From Patescibacteria group bacterium UBA924 (lineage in GTDB: Bacteria > Patescibacteriota > Microgenomatia > UBA1400 > PJMF01): 57,649 nucleotides of DNA. Each line of letters opens with the position of its first letter. Position 1 is the first letter of the stretch. The stretch spans positions 1 to 57,649 of the forward strand of contig DBDU01000006.1 of NCBI GenBank assembly GCA_002293725.1, written 5' to 3'. Positions 26,566-36,986 of this stretch are shown piece by piece. The notes under the pieces were generated by a model that made no database searches, was not told the origin of the DNA, and was given only the letters and a program-made list of their open reading frames with translations. A program made the translations under genes and the position numbers.

Positions 26566-27104
26566 CGATGTGCCAAGATAACTAGTCGTTGGCTATCCAA
26601 AAATCCTGTACAGGTGTAGATCAAAAGCGTATCAGGCTGAGCTAAGTCTAAGACATCCAATCTTGAGGGAGAGACAGTAAAGATACTCTGTACAGAGTAG
26701 TGATCGATGTTGCCATCAGGATACTGCACTGAGATCTTTTGCCCAATCTCAGTCTTGTGAAGATCACCGAGCAGTGACTTCCAGTTGTGACCATAGAGGA
26801 TTAGCCCTCGCTCTTTGCCAATTGGTAAGGGTGTTTGTAGCAGCGACACTCCCTGATTACTTAACTGCCATTCTTGGTTTTGAAGTTGGGCAGGGATGAT
26901 TGGCAGATCAATCCGTTGATCAGGAATGACCAACTGGATAGGTAAGAGCTCTTTAGTAACTTCATCCGCACGAACTTGAGTCAAAATATGAGGATCAAAA
27001 GGAAAACGCGTATAGCGTCGGAGCGTCAGAAAACCAGCCGCAGCTAAGCTAAGAAAACTAACCAGAAAACAAAGTGCAATGATGTTTCTTCTGGTCTTTG
27101 TCAT
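26562..27104 (-). CDS. Sortase
   Basis: N-terminal TM; catalytic H (ILYGHN), C (LLIYTCTG) and R (SQRLVI). Confidence 0.85.
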   Translation of the reverse strand: MTKTRRNIIALCFLVSFLSLAAAGFLTLRRYTRFPFDPHILTQVRADEVTKELLPIQLVIPDQRIDLPIIPAQLQNQEWQLSNQGVSLLQTPLPIGKERGLILYGHNWKSLLGDLHKTEIGQKISVQYPDGNIDHYSVQSIFTVSPSRLDVLDLAQPDTLLIYTCTGFLDSQRLVILAHR

Positions 27105-27110
27105 CTGAAA

Positions 27111-27731
27111 TTAATCTTTTCGTAATCGATATGCCAGCCAAGCAAAAATTCCAGCAATCATAACCAGCAGAAAGATCGTCCGAACTCCACCTGTAGCAGC
27201 CAGAACTGAAACGCCTAGTACCTCACCAAGTACTGCCCCTGCTCCACCAACTCCACCTTGGTCATTGGTACTATTATTAGTGGAACTACTTCCGTTAGAA
27301 CTCTCACCACTTCCGTTACTCCCACCAACACCACGGCACTCATATGAAGCATTTTTTACTAAATAAGGTGACTCATCTAAGCCCCACAGTTGACCGTTGG
27401 GAACGTAGACCCAACCGCGCTTAACATAGTACTCAACTTCTTCCATTGTGAGCTGGGAAACTTTCCACCAGTTACTTTGAATACCCACTTGACCCTGTTC
27501 AGGGCAAAAACACTGTAAGACGTGAGCATCATCTACTTTATAGACATAGTCACTACCTGTGTGAGTTGAGGTATCTCCAGGGATACCATGCGTCCCCTCT
27601 TCATACGCAGCAATCACAGAACCAACAGGTTGTTGGCACGAAAATAAAGGAGGATCACTTACCGCGCTAGCGGGTTGAACGCTCCCCAAATAGAAAGTTA
27701 TCGCTAAAAGGACTGCTGTGAGTCGTTTCAT
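27111..27731 (-). CDS. Putative sortase substrate (LAxTG surface protein)
   Basis: Signal peptide, Cys-containing domain, G/S/N linker, VLAATG + hydrophobic helix + RLRKD tail; 6 bp upstream of sortase. Confidence 0.75.
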   Translation of the reverse strand: MKRLTAVLLAITFYLGSVQPASAVSDPPLFSCQQPVGSVIAAYEEGTHGIPGDTSTHTGSDYVYKVDDAHVLQCFCPEQGQVGIQSNWWKVSQLTMEEVEYYVKRGWVYVPNGQLWGLDESPYLVKNASYECRGVGGSNGSGESSNGSSSTNNSTNDQGGVGGAGAVLGEVLGVSVLAATGGVRTIFLLVMIAGIFAWLAYRLRKD

Positions 27732-27831
27732 GCTGCAACCTATCTCTTACCTGAGTAAGTCGCGGCATTTTACACGAAAAATAACCGAACATCAATACGT
27801 TTTGATATATTTGTATATACTTATACCTACA

Positions 27832-29064
27832 TTATCGGGAAAAGAAGCCTTTGATCCACAACTGAATACGGTACCAGAGAGAAATACGAATAGGCTCCAG
27901 CTCTATCTGACCCGCTTCTATTAAATCCGTGACTGATACTTCCTGAGAAACAAAGTCCTTTGCGCTGATTAAAACGGTTTCATCTTCGCTCAAGTACGGC
28001 AAGCTATACAAACCTTCGGTACCTGTGACCACAGACTTCCATGGCGTCTCTACCGTAGCATTTAACGGGTATCCCAACGTATCGGTTACTTTACCAGATA
28101 CTTGTTGAGGCTGATAAAAACCTTTGAGAACCGCTACCGCCAAAGTTGGTTGTCCATCTTCTTTCCAGATTGCTGTAGACCCTCCCATGTTTGTCCAGTA
28201 ACTTAAACCAACTAAAGCTGGGTTTTGAGCCATGAGCTGCAAACTCTCTTGGAGCCACGCAGCTTGTTGTTCCTCAGTCATACGACCATTAATATCTGGA
28301 ATTGGAGCGCCAAACTCACCTAAGATGACTTTTCCACCACTACGTTGAGCAAAGTCCATCACGTCTCTATTAAGTTGGTCAGGAGTCCGAACGTAGTGGT
28401 CAACGACAACTATGCCACCTAATGCGGCTGTCGTTTCCTTGTCCATAATTAATCGAGCTACGTCACCGTTCATTGAGTTCAAATTAACACTCACTCCCTT
28501 TCCAATCTGACGGAAGGCCTGTTCTGCAGCAATATGCTCATCAATTAAGAACTGTTTATGTCCTTTAGCGTCGCCATTCATCCGTGGGTCACCTGGTCCA
28601 CCATTCTCACACTCTGGACAAGCTGAGAAGTAGTCACCTTCTTGAAAGAGGCTAGGATTTGCCTGAATAAACGCGACTGTTTTCTCAAGATGTTCTTGGC
28701 GAGTGATACGGGGATAACCAAACCAGCTTTCCCATCCTGACCAGTTTCCCCGGAACCAAACGTGAAGATTATGGCGACGAGCTGCACTCACCCATTCCTG
28801 TAAAACAGGCAAGAACTCTGCATCATACGGCGTAGCAATGGCAACGTGGGTCGCACCCGTTTCAGCAATGTTCTTCACTTGTTCTTCAGCAACTTTTTTA
28901 AGTAAAGCTCGATTATTAAGGAACTCTCGGCTGACATCACGAGAGTACTTCATTGTGTCGATAGCCTGAAACTCCCACCAGGTGTCATCACTCGCTTCAA
29001 CACGGCTAACACAGAGTGAAAAAAACAAAAAATTGATCAGAATAATGAAAAAAGACTGCTTCAT
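27832..29064 (-). CDS. Secreted glycoside hydrolase (clan GH-A-like) with C-terminal carboxypeptidase-regulatory-like domain
   Basis: Signal peptide; CPECENG (candidate acid/base), VILGEFGAP (candidate nucleophile), GLSYW; VSGKVTDTLGYPL. Confidence 0.65.
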   Translation of the reverse strand: MKQSFFIILINFLFFSLCVSRVEASDDTWWEFQAIDTMKYSRDVSREFLNNRALLKKVAEEQVKNIAETGATHVAIATPYDAEFLPVLQEWVSAARRHNLHVWFRGNWSGWESWFGYPRITRQEHLEKTVAFIQANPSLFQEGDYFSACPECENGGPGDPRMNGDAKGHKQFLIDEHIAAEQAFRQIGKGVSVNLNSMNGDVARLIMDKETTAALGGIVVVDHYVRTPDQLNRDVMDFAQRSGGKVILGEFGAPIPDINGRMTEEQQAAWLQESLQLMAQNPALVGLSYWTNMGGSTAIWKEDGQPTLAVAVLKGFYQPQQVSGKVTDTLGYPLNATVETPWKSVVTGTEGLYSLPYLSEDETVLISAKDFVSQEVSVTDLIEAGQIELEPIRISLWYRIQLWIKGFFSR

Positions 29065-29195
29065 GCGAGGAAGTATTCTACCTTATTTTGTAATTTACTA
29101 TTGTTTATAGGACTTTCTTTAGTATAATCTTCAAGTCAATCCAGATCAGATTGGCCCTCAAAAATTCTTACGAAACGTGACGTTTTGCAGTTATT

Positions 29196-32100
29196 ATGTC
29201 GATGCAACTCGATGTTATTATCCCAGTCTACAACGAGGCTGACAATGTTCAGGCTCTGGTTGAGCGTTTGACGACCACGCTCCAAAAATCGAGTATTCGA
29301 TTTAACCTGATCTTTGTAGATGATCACTCAACTGACGAGACGGTCAAGATTCTGGCTGATCTTCCCAAAAAAAACAATATCAAAATTTTGACCAAGAAGG
29401 GCGAGCGTGGAAAAGCGTTCTCTATTCTTGAAGGCGCCGCTGCTTCTACGGCGCCTTTTCTTGCCATGATTGATGCTGATCTTCAGTATCCTCCGGAAGT
29501 AATTCCTGAAATGTTGACGCTCGCTCAACAACACGGGGTAGTTGTCGCCAAACGCAACGGATATCAAGATAGTCCACTACGCAACTTCCTGAGTCACGGC
29601 TTTCAATGGTTCTTTGGTAAAGTGCTTCATGGCTTAGATTGTGACGTCCAATCAGGTTTGAAAGTGTTCAAACGAGAGATTATCGAAAGCGTTCCCACCG
29701 AAGACGTAACGGCTTGGACACTTGATATTCCACTTCTGACTACTGCACTCAACCTTGGTCACAGTATTGGTCAGGTTGATATCTCGTTTGAGAAGCGAAC
29801 ACAAGGGGAGTCAAAGATTGAGTTTGTTTCTTCAATTAGAGAGATTGGTGGCCGTGCTATTTCTTACAAGTTCAAACCAGCACGCCCTTACACTATCTCA
29901 CCCGACAAGAAAAATAAGATGGTGGGTGCTGGACTGATTCATAGAGGAAAACGTTTCATCACTCATACAACACTCCATCCTAGCTCGTCTGCCTTGGACG
30001 TACTCTCTCGACAACAGAAAGTTTTCCTCGCTTCAGTTTTAGCAGTGTTGGGTCTTTTTTTTGTTTTAGAACCCATGACCACAGCTAAAGTGGTAGTTGG
30101 CGCGTTAAGCTTAACCTACTTCCTGGATGTGATATTCAATCTTTACGTCATTTTAAAAAGCTTGAATCAACCACCCGAAATTGACATTACTTCTACTGAG
30201 TTAGCTGAAATTAAAGAAAAAGACCTCCCTATCTATACAATTCTCTGTCCTTTGTACCGCGAGTCACACGTCATTCCTCACTTCTTAGCTGCTATTGAGA
30301 AGTTTGACTGGCCGAAGAACAAGCTCGACGTTCAACTGTTGCTCGAAGAAGACGACGTTGAAAGTATTGAAGCTGTGCAAGAAATGAAGCTACCTGCTTA
30401 CGTTCGGACAGTGGTAGTCCCAAACTCTCAACCTAAAACCAAGCCTAAAGCGTGTAACTACGGTCTTAACTTTGCAAAAGGTGAGTATGTTGTGATCTAC
30501 GATGCCGAGGACTCTCCAGACCCACAACAACTGAAAAAGAGTTACTTGGCCTTCCAAAAAGTTGGACCGAATATCAAGTGTTTACAAGCAAAGTTAAACT
30601 ACTATAACCCTCATCAAAACTGGTTAACCCGTCTTTTTACTGCTGAGTACTCACTCTGGTTTGACGTTATCTTGACCGGTTTACAGTCAATTGAAACAAC
30701 AATCCCACTAGGTGGAACCAGTAATCACTTCCGCACTGCTGACTTAATTGAGCTCAAAGGGTGGGATCCATTTAATGTCACCGAAGACTGTGACCTAGGA
30801 GTGCGTCTATTTAATGAGGGCTATAAAACTGCCATTATCGACTCCACAACTTTAGAAGAAGCTAACAGTAACTTTAAAAACTGGATCCGCCAACGTTCCC
30901 GCTGGATTAAAGGATATATGCAGACCTATCTTCTGCACATGCGCCATCCAGTACAGTTGGCAAAAAAACAAGGTATCCATGCACTTTTATTCCAACTAAC
31001 AGTCGGTGGCAAGATCTCCTTTATCTTAATTAACCCATTCTTGTGGGTGCTGACGGTTTCTTACTTTGCGCTCTATGCCTACGTCGGACCAAGTATTGAA
31101 GCACTCTATCCATCAATCATCTTCTACATGGCTGTGACTTCACTCATTTTTGGAAACTTCATGTTTATTTACTACTACATGATTGGCTGCGCCAAACGTG
31201 AACACTGGGGTCTTTTAAAGTGGGTGTACTTAATTCCAGTTTATTGGTTAATGGTAAGTATCGCAGGCTTCATGGCTTTATATGAATTAATTGTCAAACC
31301 TCATTATTGGCAAAAAACGATTCACGGTTTGCACTTAAAAGAGAAACAACTGGCCAAAAAGAGTAAGGAGTTAGCCAAAGACGTGACAGCAGAGATCGTT
31401 TCTTATGCTGAAGAAGTCCCTACTGCTGCATCGATAGTTAGTCAACCTAGCACAGATGTGACGGTTCTGGGAATCCTGCCTCTTCACAACAAGTACTTCA
31501 GCCAAATTCGTGCCTATATTAATAACTTTTCACTAAAAAGATTAGTTGCCTATCTTCGCAAGCCTCTCTACAAAAGTGGTGTCATCTTCATCTTTGCGAC
31601 CTTGCTTGCCAACGTCATTAACATGGCAACCAACTTTTACTTAGGTAAGCATTTAAGTTTTGCTGACTTCGGTCTGTTTAATCTAATGATGAGTTTGTTC
31701 TACCTTGCTAATATTCCCGTCCAAGCAATGGGAAGTACTATTAACTACAAAAGTAGTTACTTACTAGGAAAGTACAAATCTCAATCTTTACAACATTTCT
31801 GGAAGTACATTCATCTTCGTGGCCTCTTAGCTGCAGTGTTCATTACTTTAATTTGGTTCGCCCTCAGCCCATGGATGCCAAGCCTGTTTAATACCACGAG
31901 TTCAGGAATCTTCCTTATCTTTGCGAGCGTTTGGGTAGCCAACTTTAGCTTTGCGATTAACTCGTCTTACCTCAGCTCTCGTCTTCTCTTCCAGCAAGTA
32001 GCTCTCTTGGCGCTATTACAACCCTTTGCTCGCTTTGTAGCAGCTGTGGCACTGGCCAGTATTAGTCCCTCACTAACGTTCTTAGCCATTGTTCTTTCAC

Positions 32101-34001
32101 TTTACCTTGTCGCTGTTGTTTCCTATCTCTTCGCTCGTCAAGGTAACGACGAACATGATAGTAAACATGAGTTCCATCTTCCTCGGGACTTCTTTGTGGC
32201 TTCACTAGTGTCCGGTCTTTCTGCAATTGCCTTCTTTAGTTTGGATAACCTTTTAATTGCCAAATTAATGGGAGCAGAAGATGTCGGTAAGTATGCATTC
32301 CTAGGTTTATTTGGCAAAATGGTTTTTTTCATTGGTAGCTTAAGCTCAACTTTCCTCGCTCCAATTGTGGCACGTCGCGAAGGAGCCAGTGAACAGACCA
32401 GAAAGTTCTTCTACTTAATTCTCTGTAGTGTGCTGGGGATGACTGCCATTGGTTACGCAGCGTTTATCGTTGGACCATTCTTGTGGGGCAGTGTGATTTT
32501 TGGCGAGAAGATGCTAGCAGTCCAAAACTACATCTTGCTCTATGGAATGGGGATAGCTTGCTTCACCCTGGCTCAAGTTATTACTGGCTATCACTTAATC
32601 AAACGACACTACTTATTCCCAAGTGTGGCTTTGGCATTAAGTATCGTCCAAATTATTGGTCTGTATCTTTTCCATCAAAACTTACACGAAGTTACGATGG
32701 TGATGGCGTTAATCGGAGTAATCCACTTAGTAACATTTAGTGCACTACACATCATCTATCCCCGAATCAAAACTTCTCTTAACAACTTCACTGACTTTGC
32801 TGGTCTCTTCCAGAAAGTTCTTCGTAAAGAAAGTACTGAGCTCCCACCAGATAAACTCAATATCCTAATCTTCAATTGGCGAGATACGAAACACGTTTGG
32901 GCTGGTGGTGCTGAAGTCTACGTTCATCAGATTGCTAAACGTTTGGTTCAGGCAGGTCATTCAGTCACTCTCTTTGCTGGCAACGATGGTAAAAGCCAAC
33001 GTCTAGAAACTGTGGACGGAGTACAAGTCATTCGTCGGGGCGGTTTCTATACCATTTATTTCTGGGCGTGTATTTACTATCTTTTCAGAATTCGTGGTCG
33101 CTACGATGTAGTCATTGATTGTGAGAATGGAATTCCCTTCCTGACTCCGTTATTCGTTCGCAAACCAATTTTCTTACTTATCTTCCACGTACACCGAGAG
33201 GTATTCACGAAACATCTGGTTGCACCACTGGCACTGCTTGCTCGAACGATTGAAGAGTTGATCATGCCTTTCATTTATCGAGACTTACCAGTCCTGACTA
33301 TTTCAGAGTCGTCCAAGAAAGAAATCACCTCACTTGGTATTAGTGATCCAGATCTTATCTCAATTATTCATCCAGGAATTACTTTACCAAAACAGAAAAC
33401 ATTCACCAAAACGAAACACCCGAGTATGTGTTATGTCGGTAGATTAAAACCCTACAAGAATGTAGATGTCGCCCTCAGAGCATTTAAAACAGTTTTAGAG
33501 ACACATCCAGAAGCTATCTTTACGATTGCCGGAATTGGCGAGTGGGGCTCGACGTTGAAACGATTAGCCAAAGAGTTAGAAATTGAAAGTAACGTAGTCT
33601 TTTTAGGAAAAGTATCTGAGCAAGAGAAAAACGAGCTCTATGCTTCTCAATGGATTGCTGTTCAACCATCCATGATTGAGGGTTGGGGTATTACCGTCAT
33701 TGAAGCAAATGCCTACGGCACCCCGGTCATCGCCTCCAAAGTTAAAGGTCTCAAAGATTCTGTTTGTGACGGTGAGACGGGGATCTTAGTTCCTCCCGGA
33801 AAACCTGCCGAGCTCGCCCAAGCCATTGAACAGCTCTTTAGTTCCAAAACAAAGCTGAAGGCTTACAGCAAATCCGCACAGTTATGGGCAAAAAACTTTA
33901 GTTGGGACAATGCAGCTCAAAAGTTAGAAACCGTTTTACTCAACAACTTACGAAAAGCACATGAGTATAAAGGAACTTACTCTATGGGTCTGGAGAAATA
34001 A
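29196..34001 (+). CDS. Four-domain fusion: DPM1-like GT2 + cellulose-synthase-like GT2 + Wzx/MOP flippase + GT4
   Basis: IIPVYNE/VDDHSTD/IDADLQ; PKTKPKACN/YDAED/VTEDCDLG/QRSRWIKG; multi-TM flippase block; FNWRD..GGAE/VGRL/EGWGITVIEA. Confidence 0.88.
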   Translation: MSMQLDVIIPVYNEADNVQALVERLTTTLQKSSIRFNLIFVDDHSTDETVKILADLPKKNNIKILTKKGERGKAFSILEGAAASTAPFLAMIDADLQYPPEVIPEMLTLAQQHGVVVAKRNGYQDSPLRNFLSHGFQWFFGKVLHGLDCDVQSGLKVFKREIIESVPTEDVTAWTLDIPLLTTALNLGHSIGQVDISFEKRTQGESKIEFVSSIREIGGRAISYKFKPARPYTISPDKKNKMVGAGLIHRGKRFITHTTLHPSSSALDVLSRQQKVFLASVLAVLGLFFVLEPMTTAKVVVGALSLTYFLDVIFNLYVILKSLNQPPEIDITSTELAEIKEKDLPIYTILCPLYRESHVIPHFLAAIEKFDWPKNKLDVQLLLEEDDVESIEAVQEMKLPAYVRTVVVPNSQPKTKPKACNYGLNFAKGEYVVIYDAEDSPDPQQLKKSYLAFQKVGPNIKCLQAKLNYYNPHQNWLTRLFTAEYSLWFDVILTGLQSIETTIPLGGTSNHFRTADLIELKGWDPFNVTEDCDLGVRLFNEGYKTAIIDSTTLEEANSNFKNWIRQRSRWIKGYMQTYLLHMRHPVQLAKKQGIHALLFQLTVGGKISFILINPFLWVLTVSYFALYAYVGPSIEALYPSIIFYMAVTSLIFGNFMFIYYYMIGCAKREHWGLLKWVYLIPVYWLMVSIAGFMALYELIVKPHYWQKTIHGLHLKEKQLAKKSKELAKDVTAEIVSYAEEVPTAASIVSQPSTDVTVLGILPLHNKYFSQIRAYINNFSLKRLVAYLRKPLYKSGVIFIFATLLANVINMATNFYLGKHLSFADFGLFNLMMSLFYLANIPVQAMGSTINYKSSYLLGKYKSQSLQHFWKYIHLRGLLAAVFITLIWFALSPWMPSLFNTTSSGIFLIFASVWVANFSFAINSSYLSSRLLFQQVALLALLQPFARFVAAVALASISPSLTFLAIVLSLYLVAVVSYLFARQGNDEHDSKHEFHLPRDFFVASLVSGLSAIAFFSLDNLLIAKLMGAEDVGKYAFLGLFGKMVFFIGSLSSTFLAPIVARREGASEQTRKFFYLILCSVLGMTAIGYAAFIVGPFLWGSVIFGEKMLAVQNYILLYGMGIACFTLAQVITGYHLIKRHYLFPSVALALSIVQIIGLYLFHQNLHEVTMVMALIGVIHLVTFSALHIIYPRIKTSLNNFTDFAGLFQKVLRKESTELPPDKLNILIFNWRDTKHVWAGGAEVYVHQIAKRLVQAGHSVTLFAGNDGKSQRLETVDGVQVIRRGGFYTIYFWACIYYLFRIRGRYDVVIDCENGIPFLTPLFVRKPIFLLIFHVHREVFTKHLVAPLALLARTIEELIMPFIYRDLPVLTISESSKKEITSLGISDPDLISIIHPGITLPKQKTFTKTKHPSMCYVGRLKPYKNVDVALRAFKTVLETHPEAIFTIAGIGEWGSTLKRLAKELEIESNVVFLGKVSEQEKNELYASQWIAVQPSMIEGWGITVIEANAYGTPVIASKVKGLKDSVCDGETGILVPPGKPAELAQAIEQLFSSKTKLKAYSKSAQLWAKNFSWDNAAQKLETVLLNNLRKAHEYKGTYSMGLEK

Positions 34002-34002
34002 A

Positions 34003-34926
34003 ATGAAAAGAAAACCAACCCTCACCATTGGTATTCCAGCACATAACGAAGAAGCTAACATCGAGCGTCTCCTTAATACTTTGGTTACCCAAAAAGGAAA
34101 CTTTGTTCTCGAAAAGATTCTCGTAGTTTGCGATGGATGTACTGACAGAACTGAACAAAAAGTCAAAGAGTTTGCTAAGACTCACAAAATTGTAAAAATT
34201 CTTAATGATAAAAAAAGATACGGTAAAGCATCGCGCTTAAATCAAATCTATGCTCTAAATAAAAGTGAGTTACTTGGTACTTTCGATGGTGATATCTTAT
34301 TAGCGCGTGACTGTGAGATTGATCTGATGGTCAAAGAGATTCAGAAAAATCCCAAAACAAATGTGGTCGCCGCTCGCTTAAAACCATTTCCGGCTCAAGG
34401 ACTAATTGAGCATTTCAGTGTCGTCTCATTCTTGAGTTTTGAAGATGCTATCTTGCGACTTAATAATGGAAACAACTACTACTCTCTTATCGGTTGCGCC
34501 AGCATGTTAAGGGGAAGCTTTGCTAAAACGTTCACTTATCCAACAAAAGTGATCTCTGATATGAACTATCTTTATACAGTCGCTATAAAGAATAATCCTG
34601 ATGGTGTAAAGCTAGCTAGAGAAACACAAGTTATCTTCAGGACAGTTAGAAGTTTCCATGATTGGAGAGTCTTAGGACAGCGCTCTGTCAAAGAAGATAA
34701 ACAGAACTTAACCACCTATTTTGGAGAAGGAGTACTGCAACAGTACTCGATGCCAAAATGGATTAGCGTTACTTCTCAATTAAAGTGGCTCTTAAAAAGC
34801 CCAATGTACATGACAGGCTCAATCATCTTGAATATTTTTATTCGACTCTTCCCACTCCAAACAGCTAAACCCCACGATGGTATTTGGGAAGACACACGAT
34901 CTTCAAAAGACCTTTCACTTGCATGA
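34003..34926 (+). CDS. GT2 glycosyltransferase
   Basis: IGIPAHNEEANI, DGCTDRT, FDGD. Confidence 0.88.
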   Translation: MKRKPTLTIGIPAHNEEANIERLLNTLVTQKGNFVLEKILVVCDGCTDRTEQKVKEFAKTHKIVKILNDKKRYGKASRLNQIYALNKSELLGTFDGDILLARDCEIDLMVKEIQKNPKTNVVAARLKPFPAQGLIEHFSVVSFLSFEDAILRLNNGNNYYSLIGCASMLRGSFAKTFTYPTKVISDMNYLYTVAIKNNPDGVKLARETQVIFRTVRSFHDWRVLGQRSVKEDKQNLTTYFGEGVLQQYSMPKWISVTSQLKWLLKSPMYMTGSIILNIFIRLFPLQTAKPHDGIWEDTRSSKDLSLA

Positions 34927-35831
34927 AACAGAAAAAACTGACAGTTACTATCGGAATTCCTGCTCACAATGAAGAAGCTAACATTGCTACTCTGCTGCGT
35001 TCATTATTGGACCAAAAAGAAAATGTAGGTTCACTCAAAAAAATCTTTGTTTACTCCGATGCGAGTACAGACCGAACTGTGGAAGAAGTGCGTCGGATTA
35101 AATCTCGCAAAATTGAGTTAGTTCAAACGAAGCGACGTTTAGGAAAACCAAGTATCACTAATTTTTTCTTTAAGCAAAGTCAAACTGATGTGGTGGTTAT
35201 TTTAGATGCCGATATTGAGTTGAAAGGTAGAACTTTCTTAGATCAACTTATTCTACCCATTGCCAAAAAAAAGGCAGACTTAACCTCAGCTAAAGTGATG
35301 GAGCTTGCCCCAATAACTTTCATCGAAAAAGTTTTACGAACAAGTATGACTGTCAAGCGATTAGCCTTTGAGGATTATCTATCTGGAAACAATATGTACA
35401 CGTGTCACGGTAGAGCACGTGCTTTTTCACGAGACTTTTATCGTAATTTCTTGACAAATCCTGATGTAGCATCTGACGATGCCTACTCCTTCATCATGTG
35501 CCAACAGATGGATTATACCTATCAGTATGCTCCCAAAGCTGTCTTACTTTACCGTCTCCCTCAGACACTGAATGATCATTTGCGCCAAAGTACTCGTTTT
35601 TTCCAAGGGCAGAAACAACTTTTACGTTACTTCCCACACGCAGTAATCCAAAAGACGTTTTACTTGCCTACTAGCTTGAAACTTCGCGCGCTTTTCACCT
35701 TCGCTATTCGTTATCCACTGAGCTTCATTGCTTACTTAGCTATTATCGCAGTTTCTAAAGCCAAGTCTGTTAACTCATCAACTCATTCCGCAAAATGGAG
35801 CGTAGCTTCCAGCTCAAAAGCTCTCAGATAA
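34923..35831 (+). CDS. GT2 glycosyltransferase (paralog of preceding gene)
   Basis: IGIPAHNEEANI, DASTDRT, LDAD, SDD, RQSTRF. Confidence 0.88.
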   Translation: MKQKKLTVTIGIPAHNEEANIATLLRSLLDQKENVGSLKKIFVYSDASTDRTVEEVRRIKSRKIELVQTKRRLGKPSITNFFFKQSQTDVVVILDADIELKGRTFLDQLILPIAKKKADLTSAKVMELAPITFIEKVLRTSMTVKRLAFEDYLSGNNMYTCHGRARAFSRDFYRNFLTNPDVASDDAYSFIMCQQMDYTYQYAPKAVLLYRLPQTLNDHLRQSTRFFQGQKQLLRYFPHAVIQKTFYLPTSLKLRALFTFAIRYPLSFIAYLAIIAVSKAKSVNSSTHSAKWSVASSSKALR

Positions 35832-35835
35832 ACTC

Positions 35836-36984
35836 ATGAAAAATAAGCCATTACATATCTGCTTCTTTGGAACTTACGATCAAACGTATACGTCCAATAT
35901 GTTGACCCTCACTGGCTTGCGGGCAAATGGGGCCATCGTTACTGAAGTAAACGCGCATATCAAAGTCACTACTCTTAATAAAAAAGAAGAGATGGGCTGG
36001 TTGCCATTACTGAAAAGAATTTTCAAAAAGTATCGGATCATCTCTGTCATCGCCAAAAACTGGTCTGTTTTTCCTAAAGTTGACATTATTTATGTTGGTT
36101 ACCCTGGTCATTTTGACGTGTTGTTTGCTTTTGTGATTGGTAAGATCTTCAGTAAGAAGGTCGTGTTTAACCCACTGCTTATTTTCTATACTGGATTTGT
36201 CGAAGAGCAAAAAATCCTCAACCAAGAGGGAATTTTAGCCAAGCTTTTGAAGTGGGGCGAGTCACTAATCTATAAAATGGTGGACTTAACTATTGCTGAT
36301 ACTCCTTACCAAGAGAACTTCCTCATTCGAGACTTTGGTGTACCAAAAGATAAAATCAAGTGTGTTCCAATTGGTGCTGATGATACTGTTTATACGTACA
36401 CACCTTACACCAATACCAAAGGCCATAAATTAAACGTTATGTACTACGGTCTCTACAGTCCCATTCATGGAGTGCAGTACATTATGGAAGCTGCGAATAA
36501 GTTGAAAAAGAATAAAGACATTACTTTCACCATGGTAGGAAATGGTCAGAGCTTCCAAAAAAACTATGATTTGGCTCAAAAATTAAAACTAACAAACGTC
36601 AAGTTTTACCATGACACCCCAGAGTCTGAGCATGTTGCCATCCTCCAAACAGCAGATGTCTTTTTAGGATTTTTGGAAGATCATCCTACAGTGGAACGAG
36701 TCATTCCTAATAAAGTGTATCAAGGCTTGTCTTTGAATAAAGTAGTGCTGACTGCAGATGCTCCAGTCATCCGAAGTGTTTTCCGCAACCAAGAAAATAT
36801 CGTTACTATCAAACCTAAAAGCGTCGATGAGCTTGTTGAAGCTTTGGAAAAACTTAGTCAAAAGCCAGCTCTTCGAACAAAAATTGCTCAGAACGGCTAC
36901 CAACTTTTTACTCAGAAGTTCTCTTCAAAAGCCGTCGGAAAGTTATTGATTAAGTACATGACCGAAGCAGTCGAAAAAAAGTAA
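35836..36984 (+). CDS. GT4 glycosyltransferase
   Basis: ICFFGTYD, YYGLYSPIHG, ADVFLG, VIPNKVYQG. Confidence 0.85.
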   Translation: MKNKPLHICFFGTYDQTYTSNMLTLTGLRANGAIVTEVNAHIKVTTLNKKEEMGWLPLLKRIFKKYRIISVIAKNWSVFPKVDIIYVGYPGHFDVLFAFVIGKIFSKKVVFNPLLIFYTGFVEEQKILNQEGILAKLLKWGESLIYKMVDLTIADTPYQENFLIRDFGVPKDKIKCVPIGADDTVYTYTPYTNTKGHKLNVMYYGLYSPIHGVQYIMEAANKLKKNKDITFTMVGNGQSFQKNYDLAQKLKLTNVKFYHDTPESEHVAILQTADVFLGFLEDHPTVERVIPNKVYQGLSLNKVVLTADAPVIRSVFRNQENIVTIKPKSVDELVEALEKLSQKPALRTKIAQNGYQLFTQKFSSKAVGKLLIKYMTEAVEKK

Positions 36985-36986
36985 AC

